Source: Calcarisporiella thermophila CBS 279.70 (taxonomy: Eukaryota; Fungi; Calcarisporiellomycota). From it: a DNA stretch of 64,000 nt. The position numbers and the translations under genes are program-made. Location of the stretch: positions 201,728-265,727 of the forward strand of contig NW_027192218.1 in assembly GCF_041956535.1 (NCBI RefSeq), given 5' to 3'. Under the pieces are notes generated by a model, which saw only the letters and a program-made list of their open reading frames with translations, was not told where the DNA came from and searched no databases. The stretch's first letter is position 1, and every line of letters begins with the position of its first letter. Positions 24,460 to 38,568 of the stretch are shown here, piece after piece.

Positions 24460-27400
24460 TTACCGCGTGTTCTTTGAAAAATAATGGTTTAAGAGACCTC
24501 GAAGCCGAGCGTCCAAGTCCACCAAATGCATGAACAAAGAATCACCAACAGAATGATAGATCGCCACCAATGTATCAACAGCCTCTTTCCTAATCAGCAC
24601 TTCTTTTCGCTGAAGACCTTTCAAACACAGAGGAACTAGCCTGCTAAGCATCTTGTCTAGCTGACCTGACTCAAGGCGCCTGATTACCCGAGTAAGAAAA
24701 TTAAAGCATGCTGGTACAGTTGGAGAAATGACCTCTTCATTTATATTTCCAAAACACGCTTCCAGATGTGGAACAACAGCATCTATTGCCACAGTAGGTT
24801 GCACTACCTCGGATAACTCGAGAAGAGACATGTCAGCAGCCCCACGCAGCTCTCTTGAGCTATCAGCTGTACATTCCAAAAGTGCTGGTAATATTATGGA
24901 AACTCGCTCACAAAAATATACAGTTTGCTTTTCGAGCAATTGACGAATCACGGCTAATGCATCTTCCTTGAGTTTTATAGGCTGCAGTCATATAGGTAGC
25001 CTATTAAGTTAGAAGTCTCTAAGAATAGTATAAAAACTTATATAAAAATACCTGAGTACTGCATAGAAATTCAGATAAAGTCTCCAGCAAAACTTGAAAT
25101 TTGACACCTCCTTCCCACACTGCTTCACCCTCAAGCAATTGATCTGCAGCCACTTTGGTGTCTTTTGATAGTCGCACCAACTTGCGGAAAAGATGTGAAT
25201 CAACTTCACCGTTTTTAAGTCTTGAGATGAGAACATCCAATAGAACGCTTTTTTCCTGAGTTCCAGTAGGTGATGGGGAAACTGCATTGGTACCTAATTC
25301 AGTAAAAAATTGGGGTGTTCTTAAATCAGTTTAATGAGAATTATTGTGTACTGCATAGATGTACATTACTTTGTATTAACCGAGGCTCACCCTTCGATAT
25401 TTCTAAATAGCCACCATCTTTTCCGTAGGTATCTTGAGAAGATGGAGAAGCACAGGTATTAATATTGGGTGTCATGATTTTCGAAGGAGTTGGGATAATA
25501 TTGTCATTGCTATGGTTAATATCTGTTGAATCTGAAAGTTTTCTCGGAACAGTAGGCGTAGAGAAAATCCTTTGTTCTAACGAGCGACGACTAGGTGTAG
25601 CCGCGGGAGTTGAGCTGCCAACGGGGATTTGCCAGCCACCTAACATAGAATCATCAAGCTCCATATTCGGCAACTGCTCCTAAAAGTATCCCAGTATATT
25701 AGCAAAATTTTCACAGGATATGGCGACAAATTACAAGTACTCTGCCTACCTTATTCAAATCATCTATCTGATCCCCCTCGATCAGGTGACGTTCTAACGC
25801 AAAACAAGATATATCTCCAGCATTGGCTTTTCCTGATGTCATATCCTCGCAGGTGAAATCTCCAGTGGTTTTTATATCGGTCCCATGGGGAATATTGGGG
25901 TTTTCATTATAATGGCCAAATTCGTTCTCTCCAATAGCCTTTTCAACTTTCGAAACCATAATTGCATCAAAGGTGAGTAAAATTTCGTTGAAAAAATCTG
26001 GTTGCAATTCGCGAAGTCCACGTAGCACACGAATAAGTTGCTGTAGAGATTGCGGTGAAGCCTTTGGTAGAGCAAGGACCAGGCGGTTCATATATTTTTT
26101 GAAATTCTGAGGATCTGAAAAATAGTTCACTTCTCCGCTTAGCCCTCCATAACAATACTGCTCTACTATATCAGCCATCCATTCGAGTAATCCTCTCGAC
26201 ACTTTACGACGCTGTGCAGAAGTTAATACTTGCTCTTTCTTATTTCGGTCTACCATAGAGGTATCAAGTCTCCCCCGAGGTGGCATACCTCCTAAACCTC
26301 CTACCGTCAATAATGTATTCAGAAGTTCTTCACAAGCACATGCGCGTCTTTCTTCGCTCTGTTCGAATTCGTCCCGTACGAAAATCAGACCAGATTTTGC
26401 TAACGCTGAAATTGCTGCATCTTCTGCGGTATTTCCATCCTCTGTAGCAATCGTCAAAAGGCGAGGAATAAGCTGCTGAAATGATGCAAATTCAACCAAA
26501 AAACGAAGTATTGGAGGGGAAAATAGTGGTTCAACTACTGCAAGTTTATCTCCATCCGCCATTAATTCTACTAAGCTTGACGCAAGACCCACTAAATCAA
26601 CATCTTGAAGCTGCCCAATGGATAATATTGCATTACGCAAATCCATTGGTTTTTCAACGATCTGTAGATTTTCAATGATCTTGGCGAGTTGCTGAATGCC
26701 CTCACTACGAATTAGCGTATTTGGATTTTGGATTTTGGAGATTATGCTCTGCTGTCGTGGCCTAAGAGTAGATGGAGACGAAATGCGCCTTGGAGAATAG
26801 GGTGCGACTTTCCGAGGAGATGCGTGAGGAGAGTGTTCTTGCGGGGTAGGAGATCTTGATCTAGACAACCCAGGTGACGAATTACCAGACATTGGCGGAG
26901 TCAAGGCCACAGAGTTTTCCTGCTGTTGCTTCGGGGAGTTTATTGATGCTGTCGCTAAACGCTTGGGAATACTGCTTAATTTCCCTCCCGATGAACTCTG
27001 CTGTGTTTTATCACCGATAGGAGCCTGTGTGCCAAATGCAGACATACCATCTTTTGGCTTGCTTTTCATAACAAGCTTGTTTGAGCTCATGTCCAAACCC
27101 TTGAGCATTTGCTCTCCTTGATCACGCCATACTTCCCATATCATCCAGAATACTTCTCGCGTAACCTCACGTACTTTCGGATTAGCATCACCGAGACCTT
27201 TTTTCACGCATTTTTCAAGGAGCTCGAGACCTCCGCTTCTCTCAATTTGACCGGCATCTTGTTGACCATGAGTAGCGAGGACAACTCTAATGAACTGCAT
27301 TGCATAAAGTCGCGTCTGTTGACTTTTGTCTCCCATTGCTACCCAAAGCTGCTGGATAGATTTAAAATGGTATGAAGTCGAGCGAAGAAGTGTGATAGCA

Positions 27401-28989
27401 GCATTTGCACCCGCTTGAGCCACAATCTTTTTTGTAAGAGAGGTGAGTTTAAGTAAATTAGAGAGAATGTGTTCTTGAAATGGATCAAGTGCAGTGCCCA
27501 GGTTCGTGGCAAGATCAATGAAAAGGCGGGTAGTAGCGACAGATAAAGTGGTTCTCAAACTATGTAGCTATTAGATCATCAGTCAAATCTAACTGTTTTT
27601 AATTAGTAGTTTATTAAGCTTATTTCATACCAAGCCGGTAAATCCCTCCATCACAGCCTTCAGTCCCTGCAAAAAAGTGTCGGGAAAGCTTGAATAGGCA
27701 TTTCCAATAACAAGTGCACGTAAATGATGAACGTGTTTCTCGCGAATGCTCCAATTATGCTCCGTTTCCTTCCCCTTCAAATCAGAGACCATTTTTGAGA
27801 ACTCCGTTTCAAGCTCTTTTGAGGTATTAACCTATACAAATATAAATGAGAAAGGATTATATAATTCTCATTTGATTGAGAGTATGCCCATACATAGATT
27901 GGAGAAATGTTTGATGCAATCGAATCTGCTCCATCATCTCCCCCGGAATTTAATACAGCAACATTGGCAATATCTGAATCAGCCGCTCGATCTGATATAG
28001 CGTCAGCCTCGATTTGATAAGAATTCACTTTCTCCATGATACTTTCTGCGATTGTTTGACGTATTTTTGACTTTTCTAGCTGCCTCTTTAGATCGTATTT
28101 TGCGTGCGATGGAGCAGTACTACAACCAAAATTGGCAGTTAGCACTAGTCCAAAGATTATATTCGAAGAATCTCTCACATAAACATTGACAAAATAGCAT
28201 CTTTGCTGACTTCTCGAACTGCCCCGTCGGGATCTTCGAGCAAATCGACCAAATGTGGCATCCACGGACGCAGCGGGAATTCCGCATAATCTCTAAAAAG
28301 CCCAACCAAGAGAAGGCAAATCTGAAAGCAAAATTAGAAAACAGATTACACAATTATAAAGAGTATATGATACTAACCTGCTCGCGAACCTTGGAAGTTT
28401 TATGTCCAAACCCATGCTCTCTAATATTTTTATCTATTATAGAAGTGGAGCGAGATTTGGCGACTTTGTGCCACACATCCTGGAGGGCTTGTGAAGCAAG
28501 AACACGCGCGCGAGATTTACTGTCTCCTAATCTGTCAATTAAAATGGGAACGCAGTGTGACAGGGTCTGATCAAGTTTTGAAGGAAAATATTCGGACTGG
28601 ACACTAATCAAATGAACAATTAAGCTAAGTGATGCAGTATATATCGCCATCTGTGAGGATTTCAGATATTTTTCAAGCTCTGCGATCAGCAGGTCGAAGG
28701 ATTGCTATAATCACCGTTGGAATTAGACAAACGAGTTAATATAAAGTTTACAACGCGTATATGAATGTAATAAAGTGAAATTTTATGATATTATTTACAA
28801 CCTCGTCTAAAGTGCTGTAATTTTCTTCGTTCCATTGGGAAAAAATTTGTTCAAGATGTAATAAAATCTCGTGTCGCCTCTCGGAATCTAAATGTAATCA
28901 AATGAGAATTGTGAATGGTAAATTCAAAATAAGAAAATAGATTTACCTATATTACTCTGCAGAAGAGTAACTGCCTGAACGTAGTCCAT
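24460..28989 (-). CDS. STU1: CLASP-family microtubule regulator (Stu1/Peg1-like, HEAT/TOG repeats)
   Basis: ILIDRLGDSKSRAR, HGFGHKTSKVREQ, FEGKETEHNWSIRE, LHSLRTTLS, LLKLTSLTKKIVAQ, IERSGGLELLEKCVKKGLGDANPKVRE, and C-terminal IRKEAVDTLVAIYHSVG...LLNHY. Confidence 0.9.
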
Positions 28990-29790
28990 TTGTCTTGCTG
29001 AACTACACAAATTCTTTGCGATTGCTTCTCTGCGATTCAACAAAAAAACCACTCTTTACTAAATATTCAATTTGATTGGCTATTTGGGGGCTGAAACGTT
29101 ACTATATATTTTAGATATTCTTTCAAAGACAATATAAAACAAATCGAAAACCCACTTGAGAGAATGAGATTATTTGTCGAACTAGACACTTTCTAATATG
29201 CTAGCATAATTCACTCGACTTTCAAGAGTAAGCAAGTATTAAGTTTCTACTTGATCCTCCTCTATATTATTATCGTTCGACAGTCATATATTAGTCAAAA
29301 AACGCAACATATCTAATTATGATCGCTATTCTAAATACGAAAGCACGGTAATAAAGCCCATCATAAGCATTGCAATACTTGGTCAGTATGACAAATAAAG
29401 TGAATAAATATATATTCAATTCTTGTAGGTTGGCTATTAAAAAATCTATTACTAATATGTGTTCCTATGATTTTACATTTAGAGTTATGAAGAAATATAA
29501 TTATGCTCTCCTATATTATTATGATCTTTCTTACTCCAGGGCTACTATCTTATCAATACAAGAAAATTCGAAATATATATCAACACGTATATTTATTCTA
29601 TACGAGAAACTAAAGGGGCTAGATAATACTTTAATTATTAGAGATATATTCAATTTAACCAATGGAAAATGGTTCATAAATTCAAGATTTATCTGTTTAT
29701 AAACATTTAATAATAAGTCATCTCATTCTAAAGTGAGTGGACTAGGAAGAAAGAAATTATCTCAAAAATATTATCTCTATCTACAACCGC

Positions 29791-30012
29791 CTACACTTTA
29801 AAACCAAATGATCTCATGCATTCCTTGTGAGCTTCAATTAAATCTCGACACGATTCCTCAGAATTAAATAACATGCATTCGTCCCGAGCTTTTTTTGTCT
29901 CTGGGCAAGCGCAACATGGCTTTGGGCGAGGTTGATCCTTTAACTCCGTTGTAGCATTAGCACTAGGATTCATTTCTATGGCAGAGGAAGGAAGAGAAAC
30001 ACTGCTAGACAT
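29791..30012 (-). CDS. COX17: Mitochondrial copper chaperone Cox17
   Basis: [19 protein letters not shown]...[19 protein letters not shown] (CCxC plus twin CX9C). Confidence 0.97.
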   Translation of the reverse strand: MSSSVSLPSSAIEMNPSANATTELKDQPRPKPCCACPETKKARDECMLFNSEESCRDLIEAHKECMRSFGFKV

Positions 30013-31007
30013 AGTTACTACGTATGTTTTGATATATTACAAAGTTTTCATGTACAATGATCTGGAGGGAATATATTTAAGTGAAGTTTGCGACTTTATT
30101 TATAATATATACCAGTCACAACTAATTATCCGAAAAAAATTCCAGATATATGGAGGTATATGAGTAGAATAATCAGCTAATCTTATACAGCAAGACATAT
30201 GAGATACACCAAAGTTTACAAAATTAACTATTATCAAGTGATAGTTCCTATTTCATTAACCATTGTAATTCGACACTTGTAATGTGTCTCTTTAGGATTA
30301 ATTGGAAAATACGATTCCGAGTTAAAAAAAAATTCCCTTCAATGAAAATTATAAAAATTAGAAAATTTAAAAAATTATTAAAATTTCAAAATTTATTTTA
30401 TTTGTTTCTTTTTTATTTTTTATTTTTTTTCAATTTTGATAGGATGCTTTTTGCATTCACTAATAAGCATTTTGAAATTAGTAGACAACCTCTAATAAGC
30501 CCTTCCCTCAATAAAATCTTTTAACATCACGATGATCTTGAATTTCACCCTCATAATAGATTATATCGCTCAAGATCTTTTGAATGGATATAAGGAAAAA
30601 TTGAGAATTATTTCCAATCAAAGTAGATTGCCATTCCGTAGAGGGTTATTGGCTTTTCAATAGGGTTGAGAAATGTACAAATTACTTTTCCTTGTACTAA
30701 TATTCCCACCATTTTAATATATATCAGCAAACAAACTTGGAGAATTAGGGTTTTTATTTTCACTCGTACAAACTATGAGGGTGAATGGGTTTGATTCTAT
30801 AAAAGAAATACTCAAGTGTTGGGATATTTTGTTTAACATTAACGTCGCACAAATTTCCAAGTTCCGAAATGATCGCGAAATTTATATTTACGGGCATTTC
30901 ACCCTTTTTCCTCTTGCAACAACTTCTTTTGAATAGATTTTTAATCAGTATTTTACTCGACTTTCCCCTAACTTGGTGTACGCTTTACAATCTTTTCATC
31001 CAGTTTA

Positions 31008-31862
31008 ATGATGCAATTCATTTTCTTTTACATAATATTTACTGCACTGCTCGCAAGAGCGGATCTTCCTGTCGCGGTAACCACAAGTTTAATATCTGGT
31101 TGTACTCCACAAGACCTCTTATACGAATCATATTGTTTAGGTCACAGATCCTTGGGGAAGTACTGTATGGGAGGCGGGAAAATCCGCTAGTGTGCTATGG
31201 ACAGTCAATGGAGAAGCAAAGAATCCCGTTGAAATCGCTCTTATGACTGGTGTTCCTACTAGCGCAACGTATGAAGTTATATTTTATATTCCATTAACTG
31301 GTGAAAAGTGTAAACCTATAATTATAACACTATTTGTCTATAGAGTTTCCTATATTTTGGCCGACAGTCTAGATATATCAGAGAAAAAATTTGATGTGCT
31401 TCGAGTGCCAGATCTCCCCACTCGTCAAGACTATTTTGTTCGAATCGGAAATGCTCAAGAGGGTTATTCATATTCGCATAATTTTGTAGTAGGTTTTCAA
31501 TATGCATATTATCAAGCTTTTAGTTCTTTTCTCATTTTATTTCTTTTTGTTAGCTGAAGGGAAGTGGCGAAGATTTAGCTGACACATCGAATGGACTTTT
31601 ACCCCAAGAATTTAATTACACTTCGACTGCCCCCGTTGCGACATCCTCTTCTACAACTTTCCCTGTGGCAAATGTCTCTTCTATTACTTCCCGCCCTGCC
31701 ACCAATTCATCTGCCTTTCCTTCTGCAACCGGCCTGGTGCCGTCCAGCATTGTATCTCCTAGTAGTTCCGTTTCTACTTTAAGTAAAAGCATTGCTAGCA
31801 GGCAGCGTAATTTTGCGTCTCTAATAATCATCAGTGCTTTCATGGCTTTTATGCTGGTTTAA
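31008..31862 (+). CDS. Secreted Ser/Thr-rich, probably GPI-anchored protein (Kre9/Knh1-like N-terminal domain)
   Basis: Signal peptide; spliced VA|VTDPWGSTVWEAGKSASVLWT...VEIALMTG...DLPTRQDYFVRIG...YSYSHNFVV; S/T-rich stalk; hydrophobic C-terminus. Confidence 0.78.
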
Positions 31863-32050
31863 ATTTTCGTGTTTTTATTCCGTAGGGATGTTTGTTAAGG
31901 ATTTTTTATACCTAGGATAGATTTGGTCATAAGGATAATGATATTTATAACCAATATAGAAATTAAAAGTTTAATTTCCGTTAAAATAATGAAAATGAGA
32001 TATAAAAGTCAATAGGCAAAATAAAGTTATGGTAAAAAGAATAAAAAAGT

Positions 32051-33634
32051 CTATTTCTTTCCGTTAATAGTGCCCACAGCACGGCTAGAATAAGGCGAGT
32101 TCGAGAAAATAAATTTCTCCAGTTGTCCCATAGCTTCTTTTGGGTCTTGTGAAAAATGTTGAAGCTTAAACTTATAATCATCGTGATGTTTGTCAAAATA
32201 AAAGAAACGAGGTTCCCAGTCAATATCTTCAGATTCCCTTATACGTGCCTCTTTGCGCTGTCTCTCCTCAATAGTTGTCTTTTCATCTGTTGCAAGATCA
32301 ATATCTCGGCTAAGCAATGCTTTGGTAACCTTTGACCAGAGTCTATGTGTCATGCAAAAGCATTAATGAACTATTATTAGTTGCAAATAATAGCAATAAA
32401 ATTGAATTGAAAATTACTTTCTAGATTCCCGTTCCTCCTGGTCAGCTTCAGGGGCTACAATCTTGGGTTGAACCTTGTGGTCATGGACATTCACAAGAAG
32501 TTTGTTATCGTTTGACTATATATTTTTGTTGAGCTGTTAATTAGGAAATCGTCCAAAGTACGACTAGATACAAACATATACCTTATATTTTCTAATAAAC
32601 ATCGAATCAGACCAGGTGCCAGATATTTCATAGAGTGTTTCTCCAGTTGATTCTCTCTTAATTTTCCCAATTATAGTATTGTAAGTCCCTGAGAAAAATC
32701 CCTGAAAGAAGTGCAAGATATAAGCAGATTGCATCATTTTTTAATAGATTAATAAATGTTAAAATCGACCTTAGTTTTAAAATCGATTTCACAAACTAGG
32801 TCACTCTTAGTGCAGCGAACTATTGATTGATCACCAAGTTCGAGAACCATTGTGCCAAAAAGAATACCACGTGCATACATATTTGGCATTTTGATTTCAT
32901 ACTCCTCATTTGGATGGCTAAGGAATTGAATCCTTGAGATTCCATCAACGATTGTAGCCGCGCTGTTACCAAGAAACTTGCTTTTTGGGCGGAAATCGCC
33001 ACGGATCACCAAGTTATTAGCAAAGCTTGCATAATAATATGCAGAAATAGGGGGGTGGTGAGACACTATCGAGAAAAATAATTAAAAATGAAAATTATTA
33101 AGAGCTGTGGAGTTGAAGCATTCCAACCTTGTTCTGCGAAGTATATCCCTTCGCTACCATCATTGTATTTATACCGGCAGCGGAATATTTCACCGAGTAC
33201 GGGATTGTATGGCTTCTTCACGCCCTATATATAAAGAACTATTGTCTTCAGAAACGAATGGACTTGCTAATATTTTATGCTGACCTTTGGCTTTATATGC
33301 CAACCACTTAGGTAATAGCGCACCACATCAATAAATCTTTCTAACGGATCATTTTTTGTCGATGTTCTGTTATCATAAATTATTCACGTGTAAATAACAG
33401 TAACAATAGATATCAAATTTTATAGAGGCGAAAGTAAACTCACTTTAATATCAGCTCTGGGTGGCTCATAAAATCTGATATTCGTTCAAGCATACTCCGT
33501 GGTTCCAGTACGAATGTAGGAAGCGTTACCCGATGTAAGTCCATTCCAAGACGTAGCTGGGAAATCAAGCCTAGTAAAATACTCCGTGGCTTTTCATCAA
33601 GAACTTCCGTGCATTCACTGTTATTTTCCGCCAT
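32051..33634 (-). CDS. Oxysterol-binding-protein family lipid transporter (Osh6/Osh7-like)
   Basis: ISQLRLGMDLHRVTLPTFVLEPRSMLERISDF, WHIKPK|GVKKPYNPVLGE, OSBP signature EQ|VSHHPPISAYY, PNMYARGILFG, ATDEKTTIEERQR. Confidence 0.93.
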
Positions 33635-34009
33635 CTCGACTTCCAATATTTTTAAGTAGCAATGGGGTAATAATTAAAAACGATATTTTAATATATTACA
33701 TATAATATGTATATATATATATTCATATATGGATTTTGTGCGAAAAACAATACAAATACGCCTTCACAAAATGATTTGAAGTGGAGAAAAGGAAAAAATA
33801 CGCGTTTAAAAGAAATATGAGAGCGAGCAATTGAGAAAGATAAGAGAGGAAAAAGTGAAAAAAAAATGTTCTAATGATATAGAGAATTAAGTATTCACCC
33901 CAATTTTACCCTTGACAAGATTCATATATGTCGTCATATTATTACGTCATTAACGCAAAATACCTTTTCCTAAATTTTAACACCTTGGAGTTTTGGTGAT
34001 CTATATAAC

Positions 34010-35743
34010 ATGTCACAGCCTCCACAACCAAATGAACTTCAACTTCCACAATCTTCACTAGGATCTGCGACTGGGCTCAATCTTCAATCTGGTGTTACAT
34101 TTCCAGCAAACACTCTTCTTACATCACAACCTGCGACTCATTCAACAGAAGATCACTCTTCACTTACTGCTACCTCCCAAGCGTCATCTATCACTCCCAC
34201 ACCATTAACAAAATCTAACTCTCAAAAAGGTAAACGTGGGCCAAAACCAAAGGTTAGTGGTCAACAATTATAATAGTGATCTTTAAACGCAGGCAATTAT
34301 AATTTGTTAACGCTGCCTTTTTCAATAGACACAGCCAGGCACATCAAATAATAACAATAATAATAATACACCACTCCAGCAGCAATTAAATTTGCAAGCT
34401 TTATTACAGCAAAGGCAGCAGCTCCAACAACTTGCTCAGGCAGCCGGATTATCCACACCTCAAGGTCAAGCTTTCGCGCGCCAAGCACTAGCAATTAACT
34501 CATCTATAGGTATTCAGCAATTTAATACACCCATGGATAATTCAACACAACAACAGCAGCAGCAGCAGCAGCAGTCACAACAACAGCAGCAGCAGCAACA
34601 GCAGCAGCAACAACAGCAACAGATGGCTCTCTCCCTTATTCAGCGGCAGCTTGAGGCTATAAGAACTCGTATTTTACAAATTCAAGAAAGTTTAGCACGT
34701 ACTGATATATCTCAACAAGAACGAGATAAATTGCAACAGCAAGAACAAGAACTTTTCCAGCAATTTAAATTGTTTCAACTCGTTGTTACGAACACTGCTG
34801 CAGCACAACGGCAACAGCAGGCAACTCCAGCTGGCGCTACTAATTCTGCGGGACAATCAGTTATTTCATCCTCAGCTGCTTCACCTGCCGCATCCTCTGT
34901 TGCTGCAGCCATTCTCCAACAAAATCCTCAGCTTCTCTCACAGCAGCATCAACAATCACACCAAACCTTGTCACAACAGAACCAAAATCAACACAGAGCT
35001 TATGGTGCTGCAGCGCTTTCGAACACAGCCGATACTACTGCGAATTCGATGCAAAAGAGTAATATGAATTTATTGCAGCGTAAAGCAGGCGCTTCCTTAG
35101 CTGTTCAAAATGTGACGAAGCCCGCAATCGTATCACCCAAACCTCCTATAGCCCAGCCAGCTATTACAAAGCCTCTTTCAAAGCCCATGCTTGCCGGGAC
35201 AAATATTACTGGTATAACGAACCCATCAACTTCAATGAAACCACCAGGATTAGATATGGAAGGGGGAACCGAGCTGCTTGGAAAACGAAAAATCCAGGAG
35301 CTAGTAAGCCAGATCGATCCTAATGAAAGGCTGGAACCCGTAGTTGAAGACGTAAATATCAATGTCATTATTATTCTAGAATATATTTTATTTATTATAT
35401 TATTTTTAATAGATTCTCCTGGAGCTGGCTGATGAATTTATAGAGTCGGTAACCTCATTTGCATGTCGTCTTGCCAAACACCGTAAATCAAATACTCTAG
35501 AAGTTAAGGATTTACAACTGCATCTAGGTAGAGCACTTAACTTTGATTACGTTTTTATAATTTTCTCAATATATCATACCGCCTATAGAGCGTAATTGGA
35601 ATATTCGTATTCCTGGCTTTGCATCTGATGAGATAAGATCTGTTCGGAAATCAAACGTAGTACCAGCGCACCAGCTTAAAACGCAAGCCGTTAGCTCTGC
35701 TAAGACAGCCAGCTCTACCAGCGCGAGACACAATGTTAAATAG
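34010..35743 (+). CDS. TAF12: TFIID/SAGA subunit TAF12 with Q-rich N-terminus
   Basis: Histone fold [26 protein letters not shown]|[38 protein letters not shown]|[11 protein letters not shown]. Confidence 0.96.
34548..34622 (+). repeat. CAG/CAA polyglutamine tract in TAF12
   Basis: About 24 Gln codons interrupted by one Ser. Confidence 0.9.
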
Positions 35744-35945
35744 CCTTAATTTTTAAAGTTTTCTTAAACCATTTGTTGCAGCTTAATTTGATTATATTTT
35801 TCCAACTGGCGAAATGATTTGTAAACTTGTATCTTAAAACATGATTCTTCAAGACACCCTAAGTTGACTGCGCCTCTGTTTACTAAGAGAAATTAATTTC
35901 AGTTGATATTTGTTTTCGAACATTAAAATTTATTGAAGTGCGAAA

Positions 35946-36907
35946 ATGGAGGGCGATTTCGCTAGGGAAACAGTGCGCCTTTGGCGTGTATATCGTACAA
36001 TTCACCAGCTTGTTCATGATCGAGTAAGTTCTCGATTGGTATAGCGATCACTTCAAATTGCTTGATATAGTTTTTTCTAGGGCTACCTAGTTAGTCAATC
36101 AGAATTAGATATGGATCTCGACAGTTTCAAAATGCAGTTTGCTCGCAATGGTGAAGTCGAGTAAAGTATCTTCTACATCTCTAAATCTTTAAATATACTA
36201 ACACGATCAATATCATTATAGCCGAGATTCTTTAACATTTTTAGTTCAGAAAAAGGATGATCCGGTTAAAAATCAACTCCTAGTATTCTTTCCAAAAGAT
36301 AAATCAGTTGGCGTCCGCCCTATTCGTAAATACATTGAAAGAATGCTCTCGCAAAACATACCCAAAGGAATTATTATTTATCAACAGAATTTGACACCAT
36401 CTGCGACCAGGGTAAGATTATTATACTTAATTCACAAGCTATCACTTTAATTACTCATTTTATATTTACTATTACCTGAATGAATTCTAGGCTATGAACA
36501 CTCTGGGAAGCAAATATGATCTCGAATCATTCGCTGAGGCCGAATTACTTGTTAATATTACTGAACACACACTTGTACCAAAGCACATCGTTCTTACTGC
36601 GGAGGAGAAGAGATTACTTCTCGAGCGATAGTAAAATTAAATATTTAGTCTTAGAGGTGATATTAAAGCTAAACATTTACTTCATTAAAATAGTCGTTTG
36701 AAGGAAACTCAACTTCCTCGAATCCAACTAATCGATCCAGTAGCTCGCTATTATGGGTTGCAACGAGGGCAGGTAGAGTATTTATATTCAATATATTAAA
36801 TGGCTTTCAAAATGACTTATTATTGCGATCTTATGTTACAGGTGGTTAAAATCATGCGTCCCTCAGAAACCAGTGGTCGCTATGTGAGCTACAGGCTTTG
36901 CTACTGA
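35946..36907 (+). CDS. RPB5: RNA polymerases I/II/III common subunit Rpb5
   Basis: [16 protein letters not shown]|[50 protein letters not shown]|[21 protein letters not shown]. Confidence 0.97.
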
Positions 36908-37131
36908 AGAAATTGCTAGAAATAATTATTATTCCAGTTGAACAATATATTCATTTTTTTTTTCATCCTGTTTTCGTCTGTATTTTCCCTAATTTTATTA
37001 AAAAAAATTATCAAATGGGTTCCACAATAATGCCTTTTCCTTTTGTTGTTCGTAAAATTATTATTGTTTATTTGTTGCATAAGACAAAGTGGTAAGGGAT
37101 CTTCTATATAACAGTCAATGAATGGAAATAC

Positions 37132-38381
37132 TTAGAGTACATATGATCCAGAAAAAAGATAGATAAGCGTCTCAAATACGATAGTATGTTTTGTGAGTTC
37201 CTCCGAAAAAAATGACATGTGGCCTTGAATGGGATCTTTGGCATTAGAGATAACGGCAGTGAAATGGTGTATCACATTAGAGGGTGGGAGTTGAATAAAG
37301 TGTCTGGGCCCAGTGGTAATGTTTATCGGTAGCTGTATTCAAGTATCAGAGTTAGTAAAGTTTGTGTAAGGCATGAAAATTCCAACTCACCTCACAGAAG
37401 AAATTATGAAAAACGAACTCTTGTTCTGTGTTTAATAAAAAATCAATTCTAATACAGAAATTATTTAAATGAATAAGCAACAAGAGGAAAATTTTTAAGT
37501 GCGTGTTACCTTTGCTTGAGCTCTATTTCGTTGCCCAATGTCTTAATAAATAGTAAATGATTCATCGCCCAGTCCATATAGGTCTTAACCTTTTCACGGT
37601 GCACATAGGCTGCGCCAGCAGCAGCACCCAAAGCAGCGACTGCCCCAACTCCCATTGCAATTGTGCTCCATTTGGATACACCAGGTGACTTTTTAGCAGC
37701 AACTGCTGTAGCTTGTGTTGTTGCTACCAAGCCAAGTGAAGTTGAGGAACTTGATGTCGCTGTTCCTTTTGATAGCACATCAGGAACAAGTGAAGAAATA
37801 GTTGAGAACGTTTTAGTGAAACTACGACTAATATTATTAGCTGAATCCCACGCAGTATTCATAATATTTGGGTCAAGACCGAAAAATGGTGAGTCGAATG
37901 CAATGAGAGCGGCAACATATATAGGACTGCAAATCTCGCGTAGCTTGATGATTGATTCCGCACCAAGAATTCCTCCCATTGAGTGACCGCAGATCACATA
38001 AGCTAGTGAAGTTTCAGGTAACTTTTTCCTTATTACACTATCATATTCATTGAGCCATCTAATAGAGAACGTAGATTGATAATGGGTGATATATCTAAAT
38101 AGGATTAATTAATTTAACCTACTGTAAAAACTTTGATGTGGCCGCATCCAAGTTTTCCATATCGTAAGAAGGATATACGCTCCACTCTATGCCCGATTTC
38201 ACACCTCCTTGATGTAATGCATTCGCGAGGGATGATGGAAAATCCTACGGGAAATTATTCAATACAAATGTAAAAGCGTTGTTTAAGACCATCCAACCTT
38301 AAATGTCCGATCTGATCCACGAAATCCGTGTAAATAAATAAAAATTAGATGGTGCTGATCAGTGAGATGTAAATGCTTCAT
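37132..38381 (-). CDS. Alpha/beta-hydrolase (DUF676-like putative serine esterase/lipase)
   Basis: FIYIHGFRGSDRTF, nucleophile elbow CGHSMGG, IAFDSPFFG, a hydrophobic helix, and RHFIQLPP...DPIQGHMSFF. The exact C-terminus is uncertain. Confidence 0.8.
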
Positions 38382-38568
38382 AGCTGTATTTGAATGGAGA
38401 GAAATCAAAGGATAATATGAATGTAGAGCGATTCGGAAGCTTCAAATTATGCCTGTGACTGTTTTTCTATATAACTTTAATAACCTCTCCTGGTATTAAA
38501 GTGAAATTAACGTTATGAAAAAAAGAAATGGAAATGAGTATATAAAACTTAACGATATCATTAGGAAA

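Noticed and set aside
29040-30990. AT-rich ORFs flanking COX17 (29370-29702, 30282-30524) and a possible centromere/origin-like AT tract
   Set aside because: The ORFs have the I/K/F/Y bias of AT-rich non-coding DNA, and there is no repeat or motif evidence for a specialised element.
37132-37215. Possible frameshift at a T7 run near the hydrolase C-terminus
   Set aside because: The frame remains open to a plausible stop, and I cannot tell which frame matches homologs without an alignment.
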